A stretch of DNA of 64,000 nucleotides from an uncultured Verrucomicrobiae bacterium (GCA_963707025.1 CAVPOM010000014.1:64001-128000); one strand, 5' to 3'; numbered from the stretch's first letter, positions 1 through 11,419 are shown. Notes: a model not told the origin generated them from the letters alone. Made by a program: numbers and translations.

Positions 1-239
1 GCGCCACCCCGCCCTTCAGCCACGATTTGACCGCCTCTGAAAGCACGGACTGATTATTTGCAACATTTTGCAAACAAGGGTGTTGACATCGCCCCGCCGT
101 TGTGTAAGGGTTTCACTGACATGAAAAGAGGCGATCCCTTACGGATGAGTCATGAGTCCGGTGTATCCACACCGACGCCACTTTCACAAGACATTTGACA
201 TGAGAAGGTTACGTAGTGGATGATCGAGCGAGGATAAGT

Positions 240-1355
240 ATGACAAGCCAACCGCATTCGAGTGAGGCCAGCCGCGGGAGCGCTGGCAAGTCCGGCTTTT
301 TCCGGGGAGGGTATGGCGCCACCCTGCGGCTCCTTTTCAGGGCGCGCAATTTCCGGCAGATCCCCCGGCTGCTGCGCGAGGGGCCCGGCCCGATTTTGCG
401 CCTCGCCATTCAGGCGCACAACACCGCCGAAATCCTGCGGCTGCTGCGGGAGGGATGGCAGTTGAATTTTGTCAGCTCCTTTCCCCGCTCTGGCAATACC
501 TGGGTCCGCTATCTGCTGGCCGACGTGTTTCTGCAAGGCCGCGGCGTGGCCACGTCCACCGAATTGCCGGTGCATCCTGATAAAATCGTGCCGGATTTTT
601 ATTGCCACTGGATTGCCCGGCGGGATGTGACCACGCCGACCCCCGGCGTTTTCGTGAAGACGCATGAAACGTTTCCGCGATTGCAGGAATGGTTTGGGGG
701 CGCGCGACCGCGGCCGGGGGCTGGCGGGAGCGGCGCCGTTCCGCCTTTTCGCGCCTGCAAACACATCTATCTCTACCGCTCTCCCGAGGACGCCTTGGTG
801 TCGCTCTTTCACTACTTCGACAGCCAGCGCCATTCCAAAGCCAAGGCGGCCGCGGGAATTGATGGTTTTTGCCTGGGCAATTTGCCCTTGTGGGAGGAAA
901 GCCTGGCCAGCTATTTGCGCGCGTCGGACGAGGGCTTTCCCGTGCTGTTTGTGTCCTACGACCTTCTCCTGCAATATCCGTCCGAAATCCTGGGCGGCCT
1001 TCTTCGCTGGCTGGGCGCCCGGCATGATGCGACGACGGTGGAACGGGCGGTTTTCAACATGCAATTCGCCAAACTGCAAGCGATGGAGGCCCGCAATCTG
1101 TTCAATGAGGAAGCGGTTTTTTTCCGCAAGGGATGTAAAGGGTCGGGCCGCGCCGAACTGCAATCCTCCACCAGGGACCTGATTGAGGAAAGGACCGCGC
1201 AGTTGATGGAGCAGGCCCATGCCCGCGTGTTGATCCAGCAATCGGTGCAAGGCAAACCTGCTTCTTCGAAAACCGCGCAAATTCGCCGGGACGCCGCCTT
1301 CCAGACCCGGCAGTCCAGGCGCTTGCCGCCCGTGGTCAAGCTACAGAAGGCGTAG
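240..1355 (+). CDS. PAPS-dependent sulfotransferase domain protein
   Basis: 5'-PSB loop 'SSFPRSGNTWVRYLL', 'VKTH', 3'-PB 'YLYRSPEDALVSLFHY' and C-terminal 'FFRKG'. ATG at 240 follows AGGA; the ORF is open from 216. Confidence 0.85.
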   Translation: MTSQPHSSEASRGSAGKSGFFRGGYGATLRLLFRARNFRQIPRLLREGPGPILRLAIQAHNTAEILRLLREGWQLNFVSSFPRSGNTWVRYLLADVFLQGRGVATSTELPVHPDKIVPDFYCHWIARRDVTTPTPGVFVKTHETFPRLQEWFGGARPRPGAGGSGAVPPFRACKHIYLYRSPEDALVSLFHYFDSQRHSKAKAAAGIDGFCLGNLPLWEESLASYLRASDEGFPVLFVSYDLLLQYPSEILGGLLRWLGARHDATTVERAVFNMQFAKLQAMEARNLFNEEAVFFRKGCKGSGRAELQSSTRDLIEERTAQLMEQAHARVLIQQSVQGKPASSKTAQIRRDAAFQTRQSRRLPPVVKLQKA

Positions 1356-1442
1356 CAGGCCGGACCGACTTTGTTCCTCCCAGCACCGGCGCGAACCGCC
1401 CTCCAAGGAATGCCATGATAATTGATCCCGCCTGGAATTGAT

Positions 1443-4267
1443 ATGCGCAGCCCACCCATTGCCAGGAAGGCAAACGGCCGCGCTCCCAATTACCTGCTCC
1501 TGTTGGTGGGGGTGCTGGGGGCGGCCCTGGCGGTTTTGTTTTACAAAAGTTTCCAGCCGCACCAGGTTCTTTTTGCCAATGACGGCCCGCTCGGGGCGAT
1601 GGCGGCGGCCTGCAACCGCCTGCCCGGCCGGTTCTTTGGCACGTGGCGCAACATCTCCTGGATTGGGTCGGAGGGGCCCAGCGCCGCCCCCAGCCTTTCG
1701 GCCATTCTCATGACCCTTTTCCCGCCGGCCTTGTTCCTGAAGATTTACGGGCCGGCCACGTTGTTCTTTGTTGGTTTCAGCGCCTGGGTCTTTTTTCGCC
1801 AGCTCCAGTTTAATCCGGCGGTCTGCGTGCTTGGGGGAATCGCGGCCGGCTTGAACATGCACTTCTTTTCCACGGCCTGCTGGGGTTTGGGATCCTGGAA
1901 TATGTCAGCCGGCATGACTTTTCTGGCCTTGGCGGCGCTCTGCACCAAATCCATCAAACCACTCTGGGCCAAGGCGGTTTTGGCCGGGCTGGCGGTGGGG
2001 ATGAATCTGATGGAAGGGTTTGACGTGGGCGCCATTCTGAGCATCTACGTCGGCCTCTTCATTCTGTTCCGCGCTTTTTCCGAAGAGTCCGGCCTGGCCA
2101 GAAAGACGCTGAGGGGGATCCTGACAGAAGTATTGGTTGTTTGTTTTGCAGGCTTGATCGCCGCCCATACCCTTTCCTCCCTTTTTCAAACGCAAATCGA
2201 GGGCGTCACCGGGACCCGCCAGGATACGGAAACCAAAGAACGGCATTGGGACTTTGCCACCCAGTGGAGCCTGCCCAAGATGGAAACGCTGCGCCTGGTG
2301 ACTCCCGGTGTCTTTGGCTATCTGCTGGCCCAAAACATGACCGACCGGGACAAATCCAGCGGCTATTGGGGGCTGGTCGGCCAGGACCCGCGCATCCCCG
2401 AACTGAAAAGCGCGGATGCGCAGGTCCGGGCCAGGGTTGTGGCGCAGATTAGTTACATCTCCGCTCTCAAGCCCGAGGAGCAAGCAGGATTGGACAGCGG
2501 CGATCGGCGCACTCGGGAGGCCGCCGTCGCCGCCATTGTCCAGCGCCTGGGCTTCATCGTGCGCCATAGCGGCACTGGGGAATACGCCGGGGTTTTGGTG
2601 GGGCTGCTGGCGCTGTTCGCCCTGGCCAACTCCTGCCGCGGCGCCAACAGCCCTTTCTCCCCCACCGAGCGGCGCGCGGTTTGGTTTTGGGGGGTGGCGG
2701 CGCTGTTTTCGATTTTGGCAGCGTGGGGACGACATGGTTTTCTTTACAGCTTGCTTTATCGCCTGCCCTACTTCTCAACCATTCGCAACCCCATCAAGTT
2801 CCTGCATCCCTTTCACATCGTCTGGCTAATCCTGGCCGGGTATGGTTTGGAGGTTCTGCATCGCCGCTACCTGCGCAACCCGGTGAAACGAACGGCTTTT
2901 CTTCCCGAACATATCCAATTGTGGTGGTCGCGCGCGGCCGGGTTTGAAAAGAAATGGGTGGCCGCTTGCGCGCTGGTCCTGGTGGCCTCCCTGGCAGGCT
3001 GGGTGGTTCTGTTCTCCTGCCAAGCCCGCCTGGCCGACTATTTGGTGGATCACGGCTTCAAAATGCAGGGAATCCCACCGGCGTCACAAATGGCCGGGTC
3101 CTGTGTTCGGGAAGCCGCATGGTTTATTGGTTTTCTGGTCCTGTCCGTGGGCGCGCTGGCGGGCATCCTCAGCGGCGCCTGGACCGGTGCCCGCGCCAAA
3201 ATGGCCTGGATTTGGCTCGGCGCCATTTTGCTGCTGGATTTGGGCCGGGCCGACCTGCCCTGGATACACTATTTCGATTATCAAAAGAAATACGCCCCCA
3301 ACGCGGTGGTGAATTTTCTCTCCGAGAAAAAACCCTTTGAGCAACGCGTCATGGGCCGGCTGGCGCCCCGGCGGGCCGGCAGTTCCAACGGCATCGGGGT
3401 TTTTGGCCAGTTGTATAATTTCTGGATGCAGAATGATTTTCCCTATCACGACATTCAATGCCTGGATTTCTCCGAAATGCCCCGCATGCCGGAGATGGAC
3501 GACGCCTACATGCATAACTTCGAACTGGATGGCACCGCCAGGATTGAGACTGCCGACCTCCGGCCCGCCGCGCGCCTTTGGGAATTGACCGGCACCCGCT
3601 ATCTTCTGTTGGACGCCAGCGGCGTGCCGCTGCTGAACGAACACGCCGATCCGGTGCATCACAGCTTTTTTATCCGGCAGCGCTTCCGCATGGAGCCAAG
3701 GATCCCGCCCATCCAATGGAGGACGCGGGCGATTACACGGTTTATCCAGACCCCAGAGGACAAGTAGCGCTCATCGAGTACACCAACGTTTTACCCCGCG
3801 CCAAACTCTTTGCCCATTGGCAGACCCCGGCGGACGGCGCGGCCACCCTGGCCACGCTGGCCTCCCCGGATTTCATCTCCGCGCAAACGGTCCTGCTCTG
3901 GCCCACCAACGGGGTGACGGCAGCGCCGGGCAATGCCGGGGCCGATGCCGGCGCCGTCGAAATCACCGACTACCATCCCAAGGACATCAAGCTGCACGCC
4001 GTGGCGAAAATGCCGGCGGTCCTGCTGCTCAATGAGCGCTTTCATCCGAGTTGGAGCGTGACGGTGGATCAACAGCCGGCCCCCATGCTGCGTTGCAATT
4101 ACATCATGCGCGGCGTCTTCCTGCAGCCCGGCGAACACACCGTCGAGTTTCGCTATCATACTTCGCTGAAGTACCTTTACCTCAGTTTGTGTGGCTGGGC
4201 GGTGGGCGTCTTGGTCGCGGGCTATGTGGTTGCCTCGCGCAGAAGCCAAAAGGCGCCGGCAATTTGA
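1443..4267 (+). CDS. YfhO-like polytopic membrane protein (GT-C-type glycosyltransferase-like), split by one frameshift near 3697
   Basis: ORF 1422-3767 has many TM segments. ORF 3578-4267 has the YfhO-type C-terminus 'LLLNERFHPSWSVTVD...NYIMRGVFLQPGEHTVEFRY'. Adding one base at gagccaaggat gives MEPKDPAHPMEDAGDY and joins them. Confidence 0.7.
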
Positions 4268-4339
4268 AGTTGCCAAGGCGCGCGGTCCAGTTCAGTTTTG
4301 ATCTCGCTGAACCGTCAAGAACCAGGAATCAGCATCGCC

Positions 4340-5690
4340 ATGCCAGCAAATCTTCTGCCGCGAACCGTGATCCTTCGCAGGTCCATCGCCCGCTTCGCCA
4401 TCCTGGGTGTGGCGGCAGGTTCCATCGCGGGTTTAGCCGGGATGAGCGCGGTCTTGCAGGGCCAGTCTCCCGAGGAAAATTCCATCTGTAAATTCTGCTT
4501 CGGTTCGCCGACGGTTCCGGGCTGGAACCCAAGTCACCCCTGGAATGACCTGCTCCAACCAGCCGGGCTTTGGATTTGAACCCGGCGCCGATCTGAAGTC
4601 CGTGAATGGCACTGGCAACCCATCCGCCCATGCCATCACCAGCGACAAACCCTTCTTCTTCTCCGTCGTGCTGCCGGAGGGCAATTACAAGGTTCTCGTC
4701 ACCTTGGGCAATCCCCAAATCGCCGCCGAAACCACCGTCTCCGCCGAATTGCGCCGGCTCATGCTCCAACAAATCCCCACCGGGCCCGGTCAGTTCCAGA
4801 CTTGCTCTTTCATCGTCAACATCCGCCAGCCCGGCATCGCGGGCGGCGGCCAGGTGCGCCTCAAGGACCGCGAGAAGACCAGCGAAAAGTGGGCCTGGGA
4901 CGACCGCCTCACCCTGGAATTCAACGGCGTCCATCCCTCCCTTTCGGCGCTGGAGATCCAGCCCGCCAAGGTGCCGACTCTGTTCCTCATCGGCGATTCC
5001 ACCGTGTGCGATCAACCCGGCGAGCCGTTCAACAGTTGGGGCCAGATGCTCACCCGCTTCTTCCGGCCCGTCGTGGCCGTGGCCAACCATGCCGAGTCCG
5101 GCGAAACCGTCGCCTCCTCCCTCAGCGCCGGGCGCTTCAAAAAAATTTGGAGCCTGATGAAAAGCGGGGATTATCTCTTCGTGCAATTCGGGCACAACGA
5201 CATGAAGAGCCAGGCCCCCAACGCGCTGGCAACCTACACCGATGATCTGCGCCAAATTGTTGACCAAACCCGCGCCCGCGGCGGCTTTCCCGTTCTCTGC
5301 ACCTCCGTCAGCCGCCGCTCCTTTGACGCCAGCGGCAAAATCACCAACTCTTTCGGCGGTTATCCCGACGCCGTGCGCCTGGTCGCCAAGGAGAAAAGCG
5401 TCCCGTTGATTGACCTGCAGGAAATGGGCGCGGCGTTTTACGAGGCCATCGGCCCCGACGCCTCCCACAAGGCCTTCGCCACCGCGCGCGAAGGCACCCA
5501 TCACAGCGACTATGGCAGCTACGAGATGGCCAAGTGCGTCGTGCAAGGCATCCGGCAAAACCACCTGCCCATCGCCCAATTTATCGTCGGCGACTTTAAG
5601 GATTTCGACCCCGCCCATCCCGACCCGTTCGACTCCTTCTACATCCCGCCCAGCCCCTTGTCCAACCTCCCCACCCCGGCGGGAAACTAA
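4340..5690 (+). CDS. Secreted SGNH/GDSL esterase, rhamnogalacturonan acetylesterase (CE12)-like; frameshift near 4526
   Basis: Blocks 'FLIGDSTV', 'WGQML', 'NHAESG', 'QFGHND' and 'GTHHSDYG'. The signal-peptide-like N-terminus in ORF 4298-4579 joins on removing one A (GWTQVTPGMTCS). Confidence 0.8.
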
Positions 5691-5700
5691 TCAGATCACC

Positions 5701-8682
5701 ATGCCCGGGATTTTACGATTGATTTTCGCCGCTGGTTTCCTGGCCGCCTGGCTGCCCGCGACCCAGGCGCGCGCCGCCGCCACGGAACGCGTGCGCCTCG
5801 ACCTCGCGGGCGAATGGCGCTTCGCCCTCGACCGCGCCTCCGAACAGCGCCAGCCCGGCGACGGCATTCGCGGCGGCCCCGCTTCCTCGCTCCCGCCCGG
5901 CGATGGCGTCGCAGAGCAATGGTTCAACCGCACCCTGACCAACCGCATCCGCCTGCCCGGCATCCTCCAGGCCCAGGGCTACGGCGACGATATTAGTGTT
6001 GACACACCGTGGGTGCTCACCCTGGGCGACGCCTGGTGGAAGCTTCAGCCTGCCGCCCTGCGTGAGCATTTTTCCCAAGCGGGCCATGTGGAAGTGCCTT
6101 TTCTTTCCCAGCCGCCCAAACATTATCTCGGCGCCGCCTGGTATCAGCGCGACCTGCAAATTCCCGCCGCGTGGCAGGGCCGCCATTTCCAGCTCTTCCT
6201 CGAACGCCCCCATTGGCAAACCACCGTCTGGGTGGACGGCCAGTCCTTTCCCCCGAACGACAGCCTGGTCGCCCCGCACATCACCGATCTGGGCCTTCTG
6301 GCGCCAGGCCGGCATCGCCTAACCATTCGTATTGACAACCGCACCCAGCTTCCCGCCCTGGGCCACCTGGTGGACGGCCACAGCGTTTCCGACTCCCTCG
6401 GCGCAACCTGGAACGGCGTGGCCGGCCGCATCGAACTGATCGCCACCGCGCCGGTCTGGATCGAGGATGCGCAAGCCTTCCCGAATGTCGCCAGGAAATC
6501 CGCCCTCATCAAAGTCAGGATCGGCAACGCCACCGGCCGGCCCGGCTCCGGCAAAATCCTGGCCGGAAGCCAATCCGTCCCCGTTGCGTGGGACGCTGGC
6601 GGCGGTCAGGCGGAAATGGAAATCCCCCTTGGCGCCGCGGCAAAGACATGGGACGAATTTCATCCCGATCTGCAGCGCCTCACGGTCATTCTCCAGGGCG
6701 CCGGCGCCGGCGATTCCGTTCCCCTGACCTTCGGCCTGCGTGAGATCACGCACGACGACAAAAATCTTCTCCTCAACGGCCAGCCGCTTAACCTGCGCCT
6801 GACCCATGATGGCGGCGATTTCCCCCTGAGCGGCTGCCCCGCGACTGATGTTGCCTCCTGGGAAAAGATCATCAAAGTTTGTCAAGCCTACGGATTAAAC
6901 GGCATCCGCTTCCACTCGTGGTGCCCGCCCGAGGCCGCCTTCGCCGCCGCCGACGAGCTGGGCTTTTACCTCCAGCCCGAATGCGGCATGTGGAACGACT
7001 TCGGCAGCCCCGCCATGCAGCAACGGTTGGAGGAAGAAACCGGGCGCGTGCTCCGGGCCTTTGGCAATCACCCGTCGTTCCTGCTGTTTTCGCCCAGCAA
7101 CGAGCCGCGCAACTACCAGCGCGTCACTCCGCAGTGGGCCGCCGCGTTCTATGAGAAGGACAGCCGCCGCCTCTACTCCGCCGGCACCGGCTGGGGCGAT
7201 CCCTCCCAGGTCAACGGCCCGCAATACGCCTCGCTGGTCGCCTTCAATCGCGCCTCATTGCGCGGCGCCTCCGGCTGGTTTGGCCGCGACTACCGCCAGG
7301 CCGTCGCCACCGTCCATATCCCCGTCCTGGCCCACGAAGTCGGCCAGTGGTGCGCCTATCCCGATTTCAGTGTCATGCAGAAATTCACCGGCTACCTGCG
7401 CCCCGGCAACTACGATATTTTCCGATACCTCGCCGGACAACAGGGTGTCCTGGGGCAAAACCACGATTTCGCCTGGGCCTCGGGCCGCTTTCAAGTCGCA
7501 TGTTACAAGGAGGAAATCGAGGCCAATCTTCGCACCCCGGGGCTGGCGGGATTCCAGTTGCTCGATTTGCACGATTACCTGGGCCAGGGCGGCGCCCTCA
7601 TTGGCATTGTGGACGCGTTCTGGCAGCCCAAAAGTTACGAAACCGCCGCGCAATTTCGCCGTTTCGCCGGCCCGACCGTCCCTCTGGCCCGTTTGGCCAG
7701 GCGCACCTTCACGACCGATCAAACCCTGGAGTCGGACGTGGAAATCTATCATTTCGGCCCAAACCCCCTCCTCGCTGCGACGCCTTGGTGGAAAATCCTC
7801 AACGCCAAAGGCCAGGCCATCGCCGCCGGCCAATGGCCTGCCCGCGACATCCCTGTCGGCAAAAACATTCCCCTGGGAAAAATTACAGTTGACTTGTCGC
7901 AGCTCCCCGCCCCTGCCGCCTGCAAACTGGCCGTCGGTTTGCGCGGCGAGGCGGTGGAAAACGATTGGAATTTCTGGCTCTATCCCGCCGGGGCAAAGGC
8001 CGCCGCCCAACCGCCCCCCGCCGGCCTGCTGGTCACGCGCGTCTGGCCCGAAGCCGCCGCGCGCCTGGCCGCCGGGGGAAAAGTCCTCTTCATCCCCGGG
8101 GCCGCCGATTTGGACCCCGCGAAAAGTCCCCCCATGAAATCCGTCCCCGTTTTCTGGAACATCCAGATGACCGTCCGTCCCCCGGCCAGTCCAGCCCCGA
8201 AATTCGACGCCATGCTCGGCCTGCTCTGCGACCCGACCCACCCTGCCCTGGCCGGGTTCCCCACCGAAAAAAACTGCGACTGGCAATGGACCCCCATCGT
8301 CAACAACGTCAGGTCCATCAATCTCGCCGCCGCCCCGCCCACGCTCCATCCCATCGTCTCCGCCATTGACGACTGGAACCGCAACTGGCGTCTGGGCGTC
8401 ATCTTCGAGTGCAGGGTCGGCCCCGGCCGCCTCCTCGTCTCGGCCATCAACGTCGCCAACCAAAGCGCCGGCGCGGAAGCCGGGCTTGGCCAACTGCGCC
8501 GCTCGCTGTTTGACTACATGGCCGGCCCCCGTTTCCAGCCCGCCGCCACCCTGACCCCGGCCCAGGTGGCCGCGCTCTGGTCCGCCAACTCCGCCGCTCC
8601 CGCCGGCCCCTCGCCAACCCGGGCCTTCGATCCCGACCTCAACGACGGTGCCACCCCAACCCCGCCCGGACGAAGGCCGTGA
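5701..8682 (+). CDS. Secreted glycoside hydrolase, GH2-like
   Basis: Signal peptide MPGILRLIFAAGFLAAWLPATQARA, 'LDLAGEWRF', 'GAAWYQR', 'FGLREI', 'GLNGIRFHSWCPP', 'NHPS..SPSNE' and 'HEVGQW'. Confidence 0.85.
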   Translation: MPGILRLIFAAGFLAAWLPATQARAAATERVRLDLAGEWRFALDRASEQRQPGDGIRGGPASSLPPGDGVAEQWFNRTLTNRIRLPGILQAQGYGDDISVDTPWVLTLGDAWWKLQPAALREHFSQAGHVEVPFLSQPPKHYLGAAWYQRDLQIPAAWQGRHFQLFLERPHWQTTVWVDGQSFPPNDSLVAPHITDLGLLAPGRHRLTIRIDNRTQLPALGHLVDGHSVSDSLGATWNGVAGRIELIATAPVWIEDAQAFPNVARKSALIKVRIGNATGRPGSGKILAGSQSVPVAWDAGGGQAEMEIPLGAAAKTWDEFHPDLQRLTVILQGAGAGDSVPLTFGLREITHDDKNLLLNGQPLNLRLTHDGGDFPLSGCPATDVASWEKIIKVCQAYGLNGIRFHSWCPPEAAFAAADELGFYLQPECGMWNDFGSPAMQQRLEEETGRVLRAFGNHPSFLLFSPSNEPRNYQRVTPQWAAAFYEKDSRRLYSAGTGWGDPSQVNGPQYASLVAFNRASLRGASGWFGRDYRQAVATVHIPVLAHEVGQWCAYPDFSVMQKFTGYLRPGNYDIFRYLAGQQGVLGQNHDFAWASGRFQVACYKEEIEANLRTPGLAGFQLLDLHDYLGQGGALIGIVDAFWQPKSYETAAQFRRFAGPTVPLARLARRTFTTDQTLESDVEIYHFGPNPLLAATPWWKILNAKGQAIAAGQWPARDIPVGKNIPLGKITVDLSQLPAPAACKLAVGLRGEAVENDWNFWLYPAGAKAAAQPPPAGLLVTRVWPEAAARLAAGGKVLFIPGAADLDPAKSPPMKSVPVFWNIQMTVRPPASPAPKFDAMLGLLCDPTHPALAGFPTEKNCDWQWTPIVNNVRSINLAAAPPTLHPIVSAIDDWNRNWRLGVIFECRVGPGRLLVSAINVANQSAGAEAGLGQLRRSLFDYMAGPRFQPAATLTPAQVAALWSANSAAPAGPSPTRAFDPDLNDGATPTPPGRRP

Positions 8683-8785
8683 GCAGCCGGTTTCTATTTT
8701 GCGTTCTTCATTCTGCATTTGGCATTCGCCCCCGTGGCCGTCTTGACATCACGGCTGATTTTCACGCACCCTCTTGCCGCTGAAT

Positions 8786-9658
8786 ATGAAACTATTTCTC
8801 CTTTCCGCCATTTCATTTTTATCCGCGCTTTTTTGCTCCGCGCAAATGCAGAGCGCCATCCCTCTCTGGCCGGGCGGCGCGCCCGGAGCATTGGGGACCT
8901 CCAGCAACGACATCCCCACTCTCACTCCCTATCTGCCCGATCCCGCCCTGGCCACCGGCGCGGCCATGGTGATATGTCCCGGCGGGGGCTACGTGCATCT
9001 GGCGCCGCACGAAGGCAATGATTATGCGCTCTGGCTCAATCAGCACGGCGTCGCCGGCTTCGTCCTCAGATACCGCCTGGCCCCCGCCTACCACTACCCG
9101 GCCATGTGGCAGGACGCCGCGAGGGCGCTGCGCCTGGTGCGCGCCAAAGCGGCTGAGTGGAAAATTGATCCGGGCCGTGTGGGCATCATGGGTTCCTCCG
9201 CCGGCGGCCATTTGGCTTCCACCTTGATGACGCATTTTGACTCCGGCAACGCACAGGCCGAAGACGCCGTCGAGCGGCAAAGTTCCAGGCCGGACATTGG
9301 GATTCTGTGTTACCCGGTCATCACGATGGGCCAATACGCCCACAAAGGCTCGAAAGACAGTGTGCTCGGCGCCCAGCCCCCGCCCGAGCTGGTGCAACTC
9401 CTTTCCAACGAACTCCAAGTCACCCCCGACACCCCGCCCTGTTTCATCTGGACCACTTTCGAGGATAAAACCGTGCCGATGGAAAACAGCATGCTGTTCG
9501 CGTCGGCGCTGCGAAAAAACAAGGTGCCCTTCGCGCTGGACATCTATCAAAACGGCGGCCACGGCCTGGGTCTGGCCGACCAGCCGCCTTTCGCCCATCC
9601 CCATCCCTGGGCCGCCGACTGTCTGGTCTGGCTCAAGCTGCAAAAATTCGTAAACTGA
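8786..9658 (+). CDS. Secreted alpha/beta hydrolase (carbohydrate esterase-like)
   Basis: Oxyanion motif 'PGGGY', nucleophile elbow 'GSSAGGHL', 'EDKTVP' and 'GGHGLG'; signal peptide present. Confidence 0.85.
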   Translation: MKLFLLSAISFLSALFCSAQMQSAIPLWPGGAPGALGTSSNDIPTLTPYLPDPALATGAAMVICPGGGYVHLAPHEGNDYALWLNQHGVAGFVLRYRLAPAYHYPAMWQDAARALRLVRAKAAEWKIDPGRVGIMGSSAGGHLASTLMTHFDSGNAQAEDAVERQSSRPDIGILCYPVITMGQYAHKGSKDSVLGAQPPPELVQLLSNELQVTPDTPPCFIWTTFEDKTVPMENSMLFASALRKNKVPFALDIYQNGGHGLGLADQPPFAHPHPWAADCLVWLKLQKFVN

Positions 9659-9728
9659 ATCCGCGCCCCAATCCTGTTCATTTCTCATTTTGCATTCGGC
9701 CTCTCCCTCTGGTATTTTACCCGTAGAA

Positions 9729-11101
9729 ATGTCAAAGATTGGGCGATCCATCTTTAGAGGAGTTTTCCTGGCCGTGCTGCTGCTCGCCACGCCGGCGCGC
9801 GCGGCTGACTCCCTCCTTTGGAGCACGAACAAGAACAGCGTGGCCGCTGACATCAAGGACTGGGACCTGCTCAAGCTCCTCAAGAAAATCTCCGCCGCCA
9901 CCGGATGGCGTGTCTTCCTGGAGCCGGGAACCACCGCTAGCATCACCGCCAAGTTCAAGGATGTCTCCGCCGAGGAAGCGTTGAACCGCCTGCTCGGCAA
10001 CGTCAGTTTTGCCAAGGACTCCAGCAACGGCGTGCCCCGGTTGTTGGTCTTTCGCACCGCGGCCGGCGCCGCCACCCAGGCCATCGAACCGTCCGCGCCG
10101 GAGGTGGCCGGGACTACCGCATTCCCAATGAATTGATCGTCCGCCTCAAGCGCAATGCCACCGAATCCATTGACGACATCGCCAAGGCGCTGGGCGCAAA
10201 AGTGGTCGGGCGCGATGACCGTCTCAAACTCTATCGCTTGCAATTCGCCGACGCCGACGCCGCCGACGCCGCCGCCACTCAACTCGGTGCCGACAGCTCG
10301 GTGGGCACGATAGATAACAACTATGTGGTGGAGCGTCCCATCCCGGTGCAAAGCAATCCTCTGACCGGCGTGGTGGGAACAACGGTCGGCGCGGCCAGCG
10401 CGACGCCAGCCCTTAAGGTTAGTCCTCCGGTCAATGGCGTGGTCATCGGCCTGATAGACACCGCCGTGCAAATGCAGACCGGCTTCAACCAGTACTCCCT
10501 GCCTCCGATCTCTGTCGTTGGCCAGCCCAACGAACCGGCCGATCAAATCTCCCACGGAACCAGCATGTTCGAAACCCTGCTGCAAGGCATGGCCAACGAC
10601 CCCAGTAAAATTCTCCCCGTGGATGTCTATCCCGCAGGCAACAGCACCACCACCTACGAAGTCCTCGAAGGCGCCGTCGCGGCCATCAATTCCGGCGCCA
10701 ACGTCATCAACCTCAGTCTGGGCGGCACCGGGGACAGCACCACCTTGCAAAGCTTGATCAACGAAGGGACGCAGAAAGGAGTTCTGTTTGTCGCCGCCTC
10801 CGGCAACACTCCTGGCACCGCGCTCACTTATCCTGCCGCCTATCCCGGCGTGCTGGCCATCACCGCCGCGGATCCCAACGGCCAGCTTGCCTCCTACGCC
10901 AACGACGGCCCGTTCGTCCGGGGCATGGAACCCGGCACGGCCATTGTCTATCTCAACGGCCAGCCCTGGCAAGTCGAAGGCACCTCCACCGCCACCGCCT
11001 TCGCCACCGCCGCCATCGCCCAAATCATCAACGAGCAGCACGTCACCGTCAACCAAGCCGTCACCCAGTTCATTCAAGCCCACCCACCGCCCCGCCAATA
11101 A
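9729..11101 (+). CDS. Secreted S8 subtilase with N-terminal STN/secretin-N0-like domain; frameshift near 10110
   Basis: Triad motifs 'GLIDTAV', 'SHGTSM' and 'GTSTATA', plus 'INLSLGG', 'AASGN' and 'YPAAYPGVLAI'. The frame switch yields the prodomain-type 'DYRIPNELIVRLK' after ORF 9690-10136. Confidence 0.75.
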
Positions 11102-11227
11102 TTACAAATCCGCAATGGGCAATCCGCAATGGGTGAAGGAATCAGACAGGGCCTGTTTGGCGGGATGGCCGGGACGGACTTCCGGCGTAAAATCAGGTTC
11201 AAGGTGTTTAAGATTTCGGATTTCTCG

Positions 11228-11302
11228 ATTGGGAATTGGTCATTGCAGATCTGTTAGTGGTTATCGGAAGACATTGTACAGGACAAATGACCAATTCTCA
11301 AT
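11228..11302. repeat. 17-bp imperfect inverted repeat built from heptamer units, between convergent genes
   Basis: attgggaattggtcatt (11228-11244) versus aatgaccaattctcaat (11286-11302), one mismatch. Confidence 0.65.
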
Positions 11303-11419
11303 GACCAGTTTTCAATCGTTTGAATCGCGGCCATGCTGCCCAAGGCAGAAAAGCACCCAAAGAATCGCAATGCGCCATAGCACACCTTTGCCTGGGGCGA
11401 TGCGGCTTCGGACGGCGGC

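Noticed and set aside
121..198. 25-aa ORF (MKRGDPLRMSHESGVSTPTPLSQDI) upstream of the sulfotransferase as a sulfated-peptide precursor
   Set aside because: It has no Tyr acceptor, no clear RBS and no leader motif, and there is no peptide exporter nearby; likely chance.
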